64,000 nucleotides of DNA from Octopus sinensis (taxonomy: Eukaryota). The stretch spans positions 89,652,001 to 89,716,000 of the forward strand of contig NC_043004.1 of NCBI RefSeq assembly GCF_006345805.1. The letters run 5' to 3'. Under the pieces are notes generated by a model. It had not been told where the DNA came from. It did not search any database and saw nothing but the letters and a program-made list of their open reading frames with translations. Numbering within the stretch: position 1 is the stretch's first letter; every line of letters begins with the position of its first letter. Below, piece after piece: positions 1-12,939 of the stretch. Both the position numbers and the translations under genes were made by a program.

Positions 1-136
1 AAAACTTCTTTGATCAAATAAGTAGTTTACCTCTTTTCTGATGAAAGTTTACTTGTCCATAGAATGCCTTTGTGCTAGTATAGCAATAGGTTTGGCATTT
101 GTATCAAATTAATGAATAATTTGGATAGTTATATAA

Positions 137-829
137 ACAGCAGTCACTGCTGAAATCTAATACTTGGCCAGGAGTTCATGTCTCAAAAACTTTCAGTTAG
201 ATTTAAATTCAATGGCTTTGAAGATACCTAGTGTTGACAAATTTTGCTTGCCAGAAGATTCAAATAGTAATATCATCATCATCGAGTGGCTGTGTGGTAA
301 GTAGCTTGTTTACCAACCACATGGTTCTGGGTTCAGTCCCACTGCGTGGCACCTTGGGCAAGTGTCTTCTACTATAGCCTCGGGCCGACCAAAGCCTTGT
401 GAGTGGATTTGGTAGACGGAAACTGAAAGAAGCCTGTCGTATATATGTATATATATATGCGTGTGTGTGTTTGTGTGAGTGTGTTTGTCCTCCTAGCATT
501 GCTTGACAACCGATGCTGGTGTGTTTATGTCCCCGTTACTTACCGGTTCGGCAAAAGAGACTGATAGAATAAGTACTGGGCTTACAAAAGAATAAGTCCC
601 GGGGTCGAGTTGCTCGATTAAGGCAGTGCTCCAGCATGGCCGCAGTCAAATGACTGAAACGAGTAAAAGAGTAAAGAGTATTAATGATGATGATATTACT
701 AGTTGAATCTTCTGGCAAGTAGAATTTGTCAACACTAAGAATCTTCAAAGCCATTGAATTTAAATCTAACTGAAAGTTTTTGAGACATGAACTCCTGGCC
801 AAGTATTAGATTTCAGCAGTGACTGCTGT
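137..829. repeat. ~146-bp inverted repeat pair (137-282 / 684-829) enclosing a SINE
   Basis: Left arm acagcagtcactgctgaaatc...tagtaatatcatcatcat is the reverse complement of right arm atgatgatgatattacta...gatttcagcagtgactgctgt, with only a handful of mismatches. Confidence 0.9.
284..680 (+). mobile_element. tRNA-derived octopus SINE, family A (gagtggctgtgtggtaag head, internal TA/GT microsatellite, gtaaaaga tail)
   Basis: Same head/microsatellite/tail sequence recurs about ten times in the window; source of the recurrent 'MLGGQT.../MSNNARG...' pseudo-ORFs. Confidence 0.85.
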
Positions 830-2149
830 CCAAGATATAGAATGTCAACTTCACAAATCCTGTGGTTTAGGAACTTACATGTATTGTTGATGCCATTGAA
901 ATATTTTTTCTGAATGGTTTATTGTCAAACAATGCTTTCTGAACATTAAGAGAAACAATGCTTTGTTAAATTTAAAGAATTTGATAAATGTGAAGAAATT
1001 AATATTTAGGCTATTGGATTATTATCTGATTTACACACCTGATATAATATTTTTTTCTCAACCTTTTAGCATATGGCATCTCTTAATGGATATTTTCTGT
1101 GTTTGTATGTATACCCTCCATAAAAACACTTTGGAGAAGCAACTGCTGAAATAATTTAGCTGTAGTAGTATTTATAAAAATATTGTTATGAATGCTAGCT
1201 TTTGAGCTAATTTTATACTCTAGCTTTTTATTCTACTATTTCTAAGTCAAGCATTTTGCTTTCAAGTAGTTGGAACCTTATACTCAATGATACTTCTGAA
1301 ATATACTATAATGATGACACTTTTTGAAATTGATTTATGGATTCTATTTGATGTTGCTTGCAAATTATATATAAAGTTGATGTCTCACAAAACCTTATTA
1401 ACTGGTTTAATCTAAATGTCCTTTAGAAAATAAATCTTGTCACAATCTGCAGTAAATTCTAATGCATCATGAAACTCATGAGATCTGGAATACTAGCGAG
1501 AAATTTTCCAAATGTTCATGAACAGTGTTTGAATTTAGAAGATGCAGACACCAATTGAGAAGGAATGGTGGTAAGTTGTTCTGGGTTAGAACTTTCTCCA
1601 TATTTAATATATTGAATAATAATAATGGTGATAGAAAGCATTTACTGTATCTTTTACCATTGAATAAATTTTATGGCATTATCTGCTTTAAGAAGGGAGA
1701 GAATTCGCCTATCAATTGATACCAAATATGTAGAATCACAAAGTAGTTACCCCTTAGGTTATTGTTTTTGTACCTGGATTTATACATTGAACTTTCCACC
1801 ACTGATAGTATTTGGTGTGAGTTGAGCTGTTGTGTACGGGATGAGTAAACCTGGTGGGATTAGTGCTGGCATATATATGTTTATTACGTTAATACACTTT
1901 GTGTTGTTTGCTGTCAGCATATACTAGTTTTATTAAGTTGTTAATTGTAGAAAGGTGTTTCAGATTATTTGCTTCTTAAGTTTATTGTTGACTTTTGCGT
2001 TTTTAACGTGTATTATGCCGTGGTATCAGTTGAGTTTAATTTATGATATCTATAGTACTGAATGCATGATTTTTATATACATTATGAGGCCTTCTCCATG
2101 GCTTGGGCTATCTTATCAAATTGTTATTTTAGATATGAGGGCTTCTGTG

Positions 2150-2600
2150 TTGGGTTTGTAATTTTGGTTCTAAGAAAGTTTGCTGCAGGATTTTTGGCCG
2201 TAGGAAAGTTTGCCACAAGACAAAAGATGAATTGATCCCCTTGGTATATAATTGTTTCAACCAATAAGAAGTGGGTAAAGTCATTTCTTAACTCATTTAA
2301 AATTTCTTTATTCAGTTGACAGTATTTTTTGTGCAGCCAACCCATTACAATCAAGTGAGAACTATCAGAGGCGGTGTGAAATTGGTTGATGATCTTAACT
2401 TTGTTTATAGGATAGATAGAAAATACGGTGAAAAAAACATTAGAAATGGGGAAATAGAGAATGTGAAGCAAGAGTGCTGGAAAATGATAATTTATCTATA
2501 TGTAAAACATTCAATGAGCATTGCCATCCTTCTCGTCCTTCAAAACCATAAGTTTACATTGCAAAAACGAAATTGAAATCACTAGCCAGTAATTCATAAA
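2150..2600 (+). mobile_element. Possible Mutator (MULE)-like remnant with FLYWCH-like N-terminus
   Basis: Repeated ggaaagtttgc subterminal motifs, then ORF 2316-2576 'RTIRGGVKLVDDLNFVYRIDRKYG' resembling the start of a FLYWCH zinc finger; no DDE domain seen. Confidence 0.35.
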
Positions 2601-2828
2601 CTTTATTTATGAAGCATTGCTTAGATTTGCATACATTTTAAATTACTTTTTGTCAAAGTTTAAGAGTTTCATATATTTAAAAATAAATTTATACTTTTTT
2701 ATATATTTTCTAATGTTTGACTCTGAAAAAAAGACCTGTTAAATATATACATAACTATAGTGAGTGTATGTGTTCTTGCTCATGTGCATCTGCATCTAAG
2801 TGCTAGACTTGATTCAATCACTTAGAAT

Positions 2829-2863
<35 letters not shown>

Positions 2864-3319
2864 ATTTAGAGATAGCAGTCCCCATCATCACACCATATAA
2901 AAGAATTTTATTTTAATACTTATTACTCATTTCTAAATTTCTCTGCTACATGTGTTTCTTGAGATTCTTTTACAGTTCCTTAAGCATGCAGTGTTTTACA
3001 GGAACATTTCTTAAAACGCAACCCCAATCGGCAGGCCTCTAAATAACTTTATTATAGTTCAATACCAAATACTATATTTTAATTTTAACAGATAAGTATG
3101 CGTATGTGTAAATAGATTTGCCGGACCTTACTGTGCAAGCCATAATTTAATTCAAATAAAAAAAATTAATAATAAGGTTAAAAAAAATTAAAAAATTACA
3201 AAAACTAAATTCTCACGTAACTTATGTCTGTAAACATTCATATAAAATTAATATAAAATTAATAATATGTAGGGATACATATTATTAATTTTATATATTA
3301 ATTTTAGTGTTGCAAGCTA

Positions 3320-5250
3320 GCTTTCCCTGCTCTGTAGTGTATGTGTTGTAGTCTGCTGTTGGTTCCATTGTTAATATGGTGTTTTGTTTTGCTAATAATG
3401 ATGGCTTCTTTTATCCTTAAGTTCCCAGTTTGTGTTTCATGGAGCTAATGGAAACCTGGATATCTTGGGTGTGGCATTTATTTTTGTAGAAGTCTTTCGA
3501 TAGAAGAAGCATTAGCATAGAAATATTCTTTAACCCAGATGTGTACTTGTCTGACAATATTTTTTATGTAGGATTCATTGTATATACTACATGTGATTTT
3601 ATACACCTCCATAGGACTGCAGATATATATTTTCATTGTTTATTGGGCAGTTGGACAATGTGCATATGGCATTGTTGTGTGTTGCTCTATTTTTAGTTAG
3701 AAATATCCTCATGGAGATTTCAATCTTGTCTACAAATTGCTTGGTGAATTGCAGCCATTATTTTCCCATTAAAGTGTGATAGTTTAAAAATACATATGTT
3801 ATTCTTGGATGTATGGGTTTTCTTAGTTGGTCTGATGATGTCCTGACATTTGGTGAAAGGGCATGGATAACCATTCTCCTTAAGGACATTTTAGAATTGC
3901 ATGGAGCTGGTCTTTTTGCATCCTACCTCACTGTATTTATTGCATATCTTGTGGATCTGATTTATTATGTAGGTCGTTTTGGCTCTCATGAGTAGGGATG
4001 AATTGTGATGCACATTTAGAATCTGAAATCAAGCAGTGATAATGAAACAGTGTTATGTGGGTGTTTCACTTCAAATTTTATGTAGTCATCAATATTATTT
4101 ATTTTGTATATTTGAGTGTCTCTTTGCAAGAGAGTCTTATGATGAAAGTGTCATCTATATATCTGGTGAAAAAAAGGTGCAGAAGTGACAAATATCAAGC
4201 ACCCTGCATTCTAAGTGGTCCGTGTAGGTGGTGGCTAGTAGACCTGATAATCTTGACTCCACTGGCATCTAAAGATTTATTTGTAAACAGAGCCCTCAAA
4301 CGGGAAGACAGTGTTGTTCATTATGGTAGTTCATGGATATCTGGAGTGGTGACCCTCAAGTTAAGGTTGTGAGAAGAGCCAATGTGTTTGATTAGTAAGT
4401 TGATAACAGGGCGGGGGTGTTAGAAGTGCATAGGAAAACAACATCTAAGCTATAAGGGTAGTTATTCTTACTAAGTATGGAAGGGTTGAGATTTCTCTGT
4501 TTGTTGACGGCTTTGGTGGGGCTTTCAACATCTCCTGGGAAGCATTGAAGTAGTGGTTTGAGAATTTTAGATAGGAGGCAAAAGAATTTTTAGAAGATCT
4601 GTTAATACTAGAATCAATAGGGCTCATTTTTAAATTGGTCCTGATTTATGTGTTTAAGAAGTTACTGTTTCTTATGGTTGAACTACATTTAATAGTCCAT
4701 GTATCCTGTGCCTTTGCTGATGTTCATCCAATAGGTGTTTATGATAGCCTCAAGTTGGCTAGATGTGATGTTATTCACTTTTTCATGCAAGTATTGTTGT
4801 TTAGGGGCTCTAATGTCAGCTAGTATTTATTTCCTATCCCTTATGCAGAATTCTCGAATTCTCTCCCTTCGTTTGAAAGTAGGTTTTATAGAGTAATTGG
4901 GATCTAATGAGATCACTGAATGAAATGATTGGATGAGATCATTGGAACATTGCATTAAGTTTGGGGTTAGGAGGAGGAGAAACTATCAACGCCTGGATTT
5001 GTCTCAGCCAACAACAACTCTTTACTGAGTGCTCCATGGTGTCCTCAAATATGACTTATAAAACCTCTCTAAGTGGTGGTATTAAGTTAGTCATGGACTG
5101 GTCCAATAATGGCAGAAAACAATCTAATAGGAAAGAAAATTAGAGATTAAATAAATCCAGGCAAATATCTCTTTAGGCCCTCTGTAGAAACTGAACCCAG
5201 CTAACTAAAGTGTCCAGTTATTGCCACAGTAATCTAAATGCATTGTTGTT
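3320..5250 (-). mobile_element. Highly decayed Penelope-like element (RT/GIY-YIG remnant) in the MPC1 intron
   Basis: Minus-strand translation near 4400-4630 gives PLE RT-like text ('...YSLDVVFLCTS...'); many stops; boundaries approximate. Confidence 0.5.
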
Positions 5251-6177
5251 CAAGTCCAGTTTGATAATGCATCTTCATTATGGTATATATATATGGTAAA
5301 TGTCACACAAATGAAAAATGACAGTTAAAAAATGTATACTCTGCATAATTCTTTAGATTTTCCTCAAAAAATCAAAATAGTGGAAAAATTAATGAAATAA
5401 GTCAATAAACATACTTCTAAATTAGTGACACCCACCCATGCCAACAAGGAAGGTGGATGTTAAATGATGATGATGATGATGATGGCAACAACCAGTAAAA
5501 AGAAACAAATCCATTGAGTATACTATATGAGTCAAATGCAGTTAGGCTATAAGAGAGTTTGAACACCTTAACCAGAAACTCATCAAACAACACATTACAT
5601 CTAATCAATTAGCATTAATAATATATTAAAAAATATGCAGGTTAAGTTTCTCAGGAACCTACGAGCTGTGAGTAACCATCTAATGATAAATGTGATTTAC
5701 AAGATCAAGGAAGTTGCAAAACTGTATGGTTCTAAGTGCCACATTTTCTTTTAGCTGATTGTGTGCTTACAGCAAGAAGCTGTTTTGACTGACACAAGAC
5801 CCTACATAAAACAATTAGATAAATAAAAACACTTTTGTTGAGAACACAATTCTCTTACATAGAATGCTTATAAGACTATAGTAAATTGGTCATGAAAGCT
5901 ATATTATTATCAAAATATAATGTAAAAATTAAGGCACATCTTAGTAACAAAGGTTAAACTTTCTTGATTGCTGAAAGACACTTGACATTAACGATCAGAA
6001 AGTTAGAAAAATAAAAAAAAAGTCATTATGTCACTTCCAGGATTACTGCCAACAAGAAAAATAGCAATAACAACCACCACTAAAATTATTTTATCCAAAT
6101 AACACTAGGTAAGATCTTTCAACAACATATACACTGAAATATTCATTTGTGTATTTAATACAACTTTTTATTTTCAG

Positions 6178-6310
6178 CTCTTACAATTTATTCATTACTT
6201 TTTATGAGATTTGCCTGGAAAGTTCAACCCAGAAATCTTCTTCTCTTTGCTTGTCATTTTACCAATGTTTCTGCACAGCTGACCCAGGGAACAAGATTTG
6301 TCAATCATTT
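6178..6310 (+). CDS. MPC1: Mitochondrial pyruvate carrier 1-like, penultimate coding exon (133 nt)
   Basis: ttttattttcag acceptor and gtaagt donor; translation (A)[43 protein letters not shown] matches the MPC1 motif [25 protein letters not shown]; earlier exons (HFWGP...) not found in 1-6177. Confidence 0.93.
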
Positions 6311-7111
6311 GTAAGTTTTTTTTCTTCTTTAATTTAGTTTATTTAACTGAATTTATAAACTTTCTTTTTCTGTTCAGTATCCATTTTCTATGCTAGTTTG
6401 GTTGAGAAGGCATTTTTAAATATTTAAATTTGCAAATTGTTGGATAAAGCATTACAACTGAATTATTTTTATCCACTAAGCAGCATTTGCAAAGCAAAGA
6501 TATGTGTCCTGTTGTAACACATAATTGCTAATAAAGTTTGCACTCAGTATCATTTAAGATTTGGTTTGATCATATACGTCAAGTCCTATTTTACACCTAA
6601 ACTCAATTCTATATGATTTTGATACTTCATCATTAAAGTAAATGAGGCACTCTGAGAACATTATGTTGCAATGTCCAGTTGAATCCCCCCACCCAAATTT
6701 TTGATTGCAAACTGAATTTTTCGATTATTGAAGCTAATTAGAAGTGATGTTGCTCAGTGCATATGATATCTTATTACCAACTTATGGACTTTTCATTGAA
6801 ACACATTGAAGCAGGCTATGTTATAATACCAAATATGGTATTGTTGGCTAAAAACAAATTCCTAATTTAGACAGATTACTAGAGGTTCAGTTTCAAGAGA
6901 GACCTATAAACACACACATGTCAAAAAATTACAAGTCTTATAATATAGACATCTAGTGGAGAGAGAATTTATATTTAAATTGTATAAACAATCAAAATTA
7001 AACAGATTACTAACTTTTGCTGACATGAACAACAAAATTCCTAATTTTAATGAAAAGAACAAATGCAGGGATATTTTCAATTAATATTTGATTTTTTTAT
7101 TATTTTTACAG

Positions 7112-7163
7112 CTACCTTTCAGACCAGTCATCTAAGAAGAAAGAAGTGATTAATACTGACTGA
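7112..7163 (+). CDS. MPC1: MPC1-like terminal coding exon
   Basis: ttatttttacag acceptor; phase fits the previous exon (TT|C = Phe), giving FYLSDQSSKKKEVINTD*. Confidence 0.8.
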
Positions 7164-7269
7164 TAGTTTTTGTAATTATGAACTTAATTTTGAAATTATA
7201 ATTTATAGCGAAAATTTGTTTTCTGTTATATTCTAATTATGATTTTATATTTGTTTTGCTGTATCTAAT

Positions 7270-7275
7270 AATAAA
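7270..7275 (+). promoter_or_regulatory. Candidate polyadenylation signal of MPC1
   Basis: AATAAA about 105 nt after the stop, followed by U/GU-rich sequence. Confidence 0.5.
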
Positions 7276-7454
7276 ATATTGTTGTTAAACTATTGTGTTT
7301 ACTTAATTTCTGTGTACCACTCATTTATTCTATTTATCTGTCTGGTTGTTAAGAGAGCCATTTAGCAACAAAACATCCTAGATTCAACAGTTCCTAAATG
7401 GCATCTCAAAGATCTTTTTTATCTACTATTCTTTTTAGTCTATATATACTCAAT

Positions 7455-7835
7455 GTGGAGGCGCAATGGCCCAGTGGTTAGGGCAGCGGACTCGCGGTTG
7501 GAGGATCGCGGTTTCGATTCCCAGACCGGGCATTGTGAGTGTTTATTGAGCGAAAACACCTAAAGCTCCACAAGGCTCTGGCAGGGGGTGGTGGTGAACC
7601 CTGCTATACTCTTTCACCACAACTTTCTCTCGCTCTCTCTTCCTGTTTCACTTGTATCTGTATTTCAAAGGGCCAGCCTTGTCACACTCTGTGTCACGCT
7701 GAATCTCCTCGAGAACTACGTTAAGGGTACACGTGTCTGTGGAGTGCTCAGCCACTTGCACGTTAATATCACGAGCAAGCTGTTCCGTTGATCATATCAG
7801 CTGGGACCCTCATCGTCGCAACCGACGGAGTGCTC
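7455..7835 (+). mobile_element. tRNA(Arg)-like-headed SINE, family B, with 15-bp TSD
   Basis: Head gtggaggcgcaatggcccagtggttagggcagcgg...ggtttcgattccc with A/B-box-like motifs; TSD ctatatatactcaat at 7440-7454 and 7836-7850; related copies at 29426 and 46151. Confidence 0.9.
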
Positions 7836-7904
7836 CTATATATACTCAATATCTTGGATCAACAGACGATTCTATACTGACAATGCAAACACAATCTCTC
7901 ACAT

Positions 7905-9258
7905 TACATTAAAAACAAGCACTTAGAGAGTGCAAACCTCCACCAAGGCAACACCAACGTCCTCTCAATGATTAGCCAGAGATGATTTTTTTAATGAGAA
8001 TATCTGAAATAAACTCAACTGCTCTCACAAACAAGAATACTAAAAACGAGCCTGACTGCTCTCAAAAATTAAGTAAAAAGAAAAAAAATGGAAAAATAAT
8101 CCAGAATCCTTGTTCGGTATCTGATTGATCCCAATGGTAGTCATGGAATGTAAAGGTGGCTGTAGAAAATTTAGTAACAGTAATAAATAGTTTATCCTTA
8201 TCTAATACAAGTCCAAGTTAACAAATTCACCATTCAAAATAGTTTCAAAGGCAAAGATAATAATAAGTTCTACTCAGGAATTTTTAAACAAATAGCATGA
8301 GACCTTTTGGTTTTCTCTTCTCTTAAATTTTGGCCTTCCTTTAGTATTCCTGTTGTTTTAGATCAATGTATAGATGCATGTATATATGTGAGTATACTGT
8401 AAAGTGTTAATATGTATGTATACTCTTTACTCTTTTACTTGTTTCAGTCATTTGACTGCGGCCATGCTGGAGCACCGCCTTTAATCGAGCAACTCGACAC
8501 CGGGACTTATTCTTTTGTAAGCCCAGTACTTATTCTATCGGTCTCTTTTGCCAAACCGCTAAGTAACGGGGACCTAAACACACCAGCATCGGTTGTCAAA
8601 CAATGCTAGGGGGACAAACACAGACACGCAAACACACACACACACATATATATATACATATATACATATATACGACGGGCTTCTTTCAGTTTCCGTCTAC
8701 CAAATCCACTCACAAGGCTTTGGTCAGCCTGAGGCTATAGTAGAAGACACTTGCCCAAGGTGCCATGCAGTGGGACTGAACCCGGAACCATGTGGTTGGT
8801 AAACAAGCTACTTACCACACAGCCACTCCTGCGTCTATATATAATATATATATATTATAAAAATATGTTAGTGTTATTTAATTTCTGAATGGTTTTGCTG
8901 CCGTTTATGTAGTTTGATTTCTTTATCCACCAGTTTCTACTAAGATAGCGACGCGAGTAAAATTAATAATAGAGAAACAAAAATAAAACTTTGGAAACAG
9001 CTTCAATAATTGAGAAAGACTTGAAAGTCAGCTTAAGATTGTAATCATGTGAAGTAAATATAACAAATAATCCAGAATCCTTGTCCGGTACTGGATCAAT
9101 CTCAAAATCTAATCGGTTTCTGCCAGTCACGAGGCCAAACATCCCTGAAAGTTTCATTTGAATCCATCCAGCGCTTCTTGAAATATCTTGTCCATGGACA
9201 AACAACCAAACAAATACAACTGAAACAATACCTCTGCCTTTACTAAGGCAGAAGTAAG
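7905..9258 (+). mobile_element. Possible non-autonomous Helentron/DINE-like element interrupted by a SINE
   Basis: 5' aacctccaccaagg motif and 3' hairpin acctctgcc-tttacta-aggcagaagtaa; internal repeat aataatccagaatccttgt at ~8095 and ~9068. Confidence 0.35.
8421..8833 (-). mobile_element. SINE family A
   Basis: Reverse complement of 284-680. Confidence 0.85.
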
Positions 9259-10199
9259 AAATAATTAAATGTTATGCCAAAATTTTCCAGCATCCTTACA
9301 TTACTGTGTTATACCACTCTTTTATTGATCTTATATAATAAATAAAATAACCACTAGTAAATAAAACCTATCAAATAACAAATTTCACACTCATAAAACA
9401 AGACATATTGAGTCACAAAATAAAACTAAATGCATAAATTATTAAGAACTATATTCATAGGTAGACTTTATTTAACACATTGAAGTCATTAAAATCGTGA
9501 GTATTTAGAATAAGAACTATCATCATCATTATTTAATGTCTGTTTTCCATGCTGGCATGGGTGGGATGATTTGACAGGTACTGGCTAGGCAGAAGACTGC
9601 ACCAGGCTTCACTGTCTTTTGGCAGGGTTTTTATTGTTGGATGCCCTTCCTAACACCAACCACTTTACCAAGTGGACTGAGTTCTTGAACATCAATATAC
9701 GTCCAACTTTCCATACATTACATACTAATTCCACCCTCTCACCCTAACTAAACTGCATAAACTCACTTTCACATAGCATCAGAAGAATTGGTTTAGTTGC
9801 CCACAGTATCTTACGGTACATGCATATAAACACACAAGGTGACACAATGTATCATCTAAACTCTTTGCATTATAAACAACCCCGGCCTTTAGTGTTAGCT
9901 TATTGAAGTAACTACAGATGTCATCAAGTTTTGAACAATATGTAACTGCATTTCAAGAAATCCTTTTGGGCCCATGGAACAGGAACTGACCACTCTTCTG
10001 TATGAGAAACAAAGCTTAACCTCATTTGAGAAAAAAACTTCCTGTGAAAAGACTTACATGTGAATATCTTCAGATTTGCTTTGCTCAGTTTTTACACATC
10101 AGTATCTTAAGTGATGAGATAGAATTTGGTGATGTTATTTAATAATGTCATTATTTAATAAGTCATTATTTATTAATGATTTATTTATGGAAAATAATT

Positions 10200-10800
10200 T
10201 GAAAAAGAAAAATCAGAATGACCTTTCAGTATTGTCTGTTACATATAAGTGATGTGACTGGAATTTATATCAAGATTTATTCAAGCAGGAGTAAGACTGA
10301 TCATTGCATTGATGAATCCTTCAGAATATTTGAACTCAAAAGCAAATCTTGTTGAGCATTTTCTTTTTTGCTGAAGAAATTTTTATCAGTTTGAATTATG
10401 AGACCACAAAGGATGCCATGTCAACAGGATAACACCACATTCGTTACAATGGAGAAGGCAAAGATATATCTCAGAATACTTTTTCTGATCCTAGTTTATG
10501 CAGCTTCCAAGTTACAGGACTATTGGAATACAAATTCATCTCTAGATTAGCTGCATTTCATCAAAATCTAGTTTCAAACAGGATTAGGAGATTTATACAG
10601 AGAAAACACTACAGGAATTTAAGAGTTTAGGAAATGACTATTAGTGAATAACTAATATTATTTTAATTATTCTGGCAAATATGGAAGGCAGCGATTAACA
10701 TGTGCCAATCTCATTAGACTTCATCAATCTGTACTTCAATTATGAGTTCTAATAAGACTAAAGCATGTCTATGTTGTGAATTTCATCACTATTTTGGTAG
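10200..10800 (+). pseudogene. Possible very old piggyBac-like transposase remnant
   Basis: Frame reading 'VTMEKAKIYLRILFLILVYAASKLQDYWN...LHF' loosely resembles piggyBac T..E...F.G....L.DYW; weak. Confidence 0.25.
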
Positions 10801-11234
10801 TTCAATGAAGGCTACTGCACTGTAAAGGTTTTAAAAGATTGAAGCATTTATAATTGTCTCCCTTTTTTCTGGAATAATTAATATAATCATCGAATGATTA
10901 AACTTGCTTCACTGCATGATAATTTTGTATTGCCTTTTTAATCCATGCTGCTTTCAATTGTTAACAATAATTTGGCAATCGCTTTTTATGTGGGTGTCTC
11001 TGAGTAATTTATTCACTTAAATATACCATACCTATCCAACTGCAAGAATTGCTCCTTAAATATCAGCTTTTGCTGATAACTAGTCAACAAAATAAACCAA
11101 CACATTACATGTGGAGAAAACAGTTTATACACTCATTTTCAAATGAGATCAAAGCAAAACTGGTAAGCTTCAGTAATTCAAATCACATTACAGTACACAC
11201 ATTAATTGTAGAAACTTCCTTTATATATATTAGT

Positions 11235-11980
11235 AAATACAACTGCCCTTCCGAATTCAGTTTTGAAAGGGAGGCCTCTCAATGGTTCCAACTTCCGCAG
11301 CAGTGGTTCGAGAGCCAGCATATACAGAAGAAGTGACAGTGGGCAGCCCTGATGGATTAAGCAAGCGATACAAAACAGTTCCGATAAGTGGCCATTTACT
11401 TTGACTACTGACCAAATGCCGCTGTGCATTGCGGCAATCCAGCCTCTGGAAACTGGTCCGAAACCAACTGCCTTAAGGACAGCTTCCAAGTAGTGATGGT
11501 CGACCCTATCAAATGATTTCGGTTGATCCAAAATGATCAGGCCCCAACTGAAGCCAGCCCTCTCTATGATGTATTGCATAAGGTGAAGGTTTTCGTGGAT
11601 AGACATGTTTAGGATTGCATACGTCTGTGCTTTCCCCACTAGACAACCTCTTTGCTGACACCTTGGCCAAAATCTTAAATTCTGTGTTTAGTAGTTATGA
11701 GCCGAAAATTCCCTAGTACGTCCCCACTGTCAGTGTTCTTCTTCAGTAGTGTCACCACACCCCGACTAACATCACTCGGAGTTCTCCCATTCTGCTGCCA
11801 GTTGCGATAAACGTCTGCCAAACAAATCTGGCATGAGTACATAGTATTCATAGGGCAGACTATCTAAATCTGGTGAATAGCGACTTCTGCAATTGCTCAT
11901 CACCTCTCATATTTCAGTAGCCGTTATCGCAGAACCTCACATCCACAGCTGAGAGTCGCGGCATGCCGTCTAAGTACTTG
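11235..11980 (-). mobile_element. Tx1/L1-clade LINE RT fragment
   Basis: ORF 11202-11639 contains LDQPKSFDRVDHHYL, KVNGHLS and HQGCPLSLLLY (RT motifs). Confidence 0.85.
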
Positions 11981-11984
11981 GAAC

Positions 11985-12135
11985 TAGTTGATTAGATCGA
12001 CCCCAGCACTTGACTGGTACTTATTTCATCGAACCCTAAAGGATGAAAGGCAAAGTCGACCACAGTGGAAATCAGAATATACTGCTAAGCATTTCGCCCG
12101 GTGTGCTAACGATTCTGCCCAATCGCTGCCTTAAT
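11985..12135 (-). mobile_element. SINE family C fragment (Nin-domain-like core gcctttcatcctttcggggtcgat)
   Basis: ggatgaaaggcaaagtcgac core, also seen at 12710-12925, 15922-16110, 50189-50416, 54540-54630 and 60818-61418. Confidence 0.75.
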
Positions 12136-12159
12136 AATAATAATAATAATAATAATGAT

Positions 12160-12700
12160 GCCCTGATGCAGTACCAGGCACTGGCTCTCATGGCTTCTGA
12201 TCTTAACTGATTGGCAGCGCCATCATATACATTGTTTTGTCTTGGTATAAAAGATGGTCTACAGCAAATATTCTGTTCAGTACCACAGATTTGTTTGTCA
12301 GTTGTTTGACCTTAACCAGTTGAGCATGTCCCTTAGTGGCTGACGATATGTGCATCTCTGGTAACGAGCAGAAGTAGTGGGGGGAGCATCATAGCCATGT
12401 GTTGAGAAGAATTCTTTGGGGTTTTAATAATTCACACGGGTGTTTCGTTCAATATCTTTAAACAACCCTTATTCAGGGACCTTTTGAGCGGGATAGGCTA
12501 CTTGACCTGAAGAAGAGCCTCACCTGCAAGGTCATGCGCTGTTTATCTTGATATGAGATCACCATGTCGTGCACATATGGTTGTGATGTATGTGCCTGGT
12601 GTACTCTTATCCGACATATAGGCATAATGGGTATACTGGGCTTCGTATATTTTACCCCAGCATCACTTTGATGGCATGCACTGCTCTCTCACTCAGTAAT
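12160..12700 (+). repeat. Interspersed repeat, with a second copy in opposite orientation at 45285-45737
   Basis: ctgatgcagtaccagg...catatggttgtgatg is the reverse complement of the 45285-45737 sequence. Confidence 0.75.
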
Positions 12701-12939
12701 AATAATAATCCTTTCTACTATAGGTACAAGGCCTGAAAATTTTGGGGATAGAGGCCAATTGATTCCATCGATCCCAGTGTTTCACTGGTACTTAATTTAT
12801 CGACCCCAAAAGGATGAAAGGCAAAGTCAACCTTGGTGGAATTTAACTCAGAACGTTGCGATGGGTGAAATACCACTAAGCATTTCGTCAAGAGTGCTAA
12901 CGATTCTGCCAGCTCACCACCTGTTGGTGGCTAACCTTA

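Noticed and set aside
260-802. Recurrent ORFs 'MLGGQT...', 'MSNNARG...' and 'MTTDAGV...' (also at 8.4-8.8, 18.4-19.0, 24.6-26.3, 48.3 and 58.7-59.6 kb)
   Set aside because: They are translations of SINE family A copies, not genes.
3826-3865. CTGATGA...GAAA at 3.83 kb; similar hits at ~38 and ~20306
   Set aside because: No coherent helices I or III; the 3.8-kb hit is just the antisense of decayed PLE coding sequence.
5655-5667. Possible micro-exon tttctcag|GAACCTACGAGCT|gtgagt in the MPC1 intron
   Set aside because: At 13 nt it would shift the MPC1 frame, and it matches no MPC1 residues.
7455-7530. tRNA-like sequences at SINE heads (also 29426, 46151 and family A/C heads)
   Set aside because: They lack a complete cloverleaf and acceptor stem and are fused to SINE bodies, so they are not called as tRNA genes.
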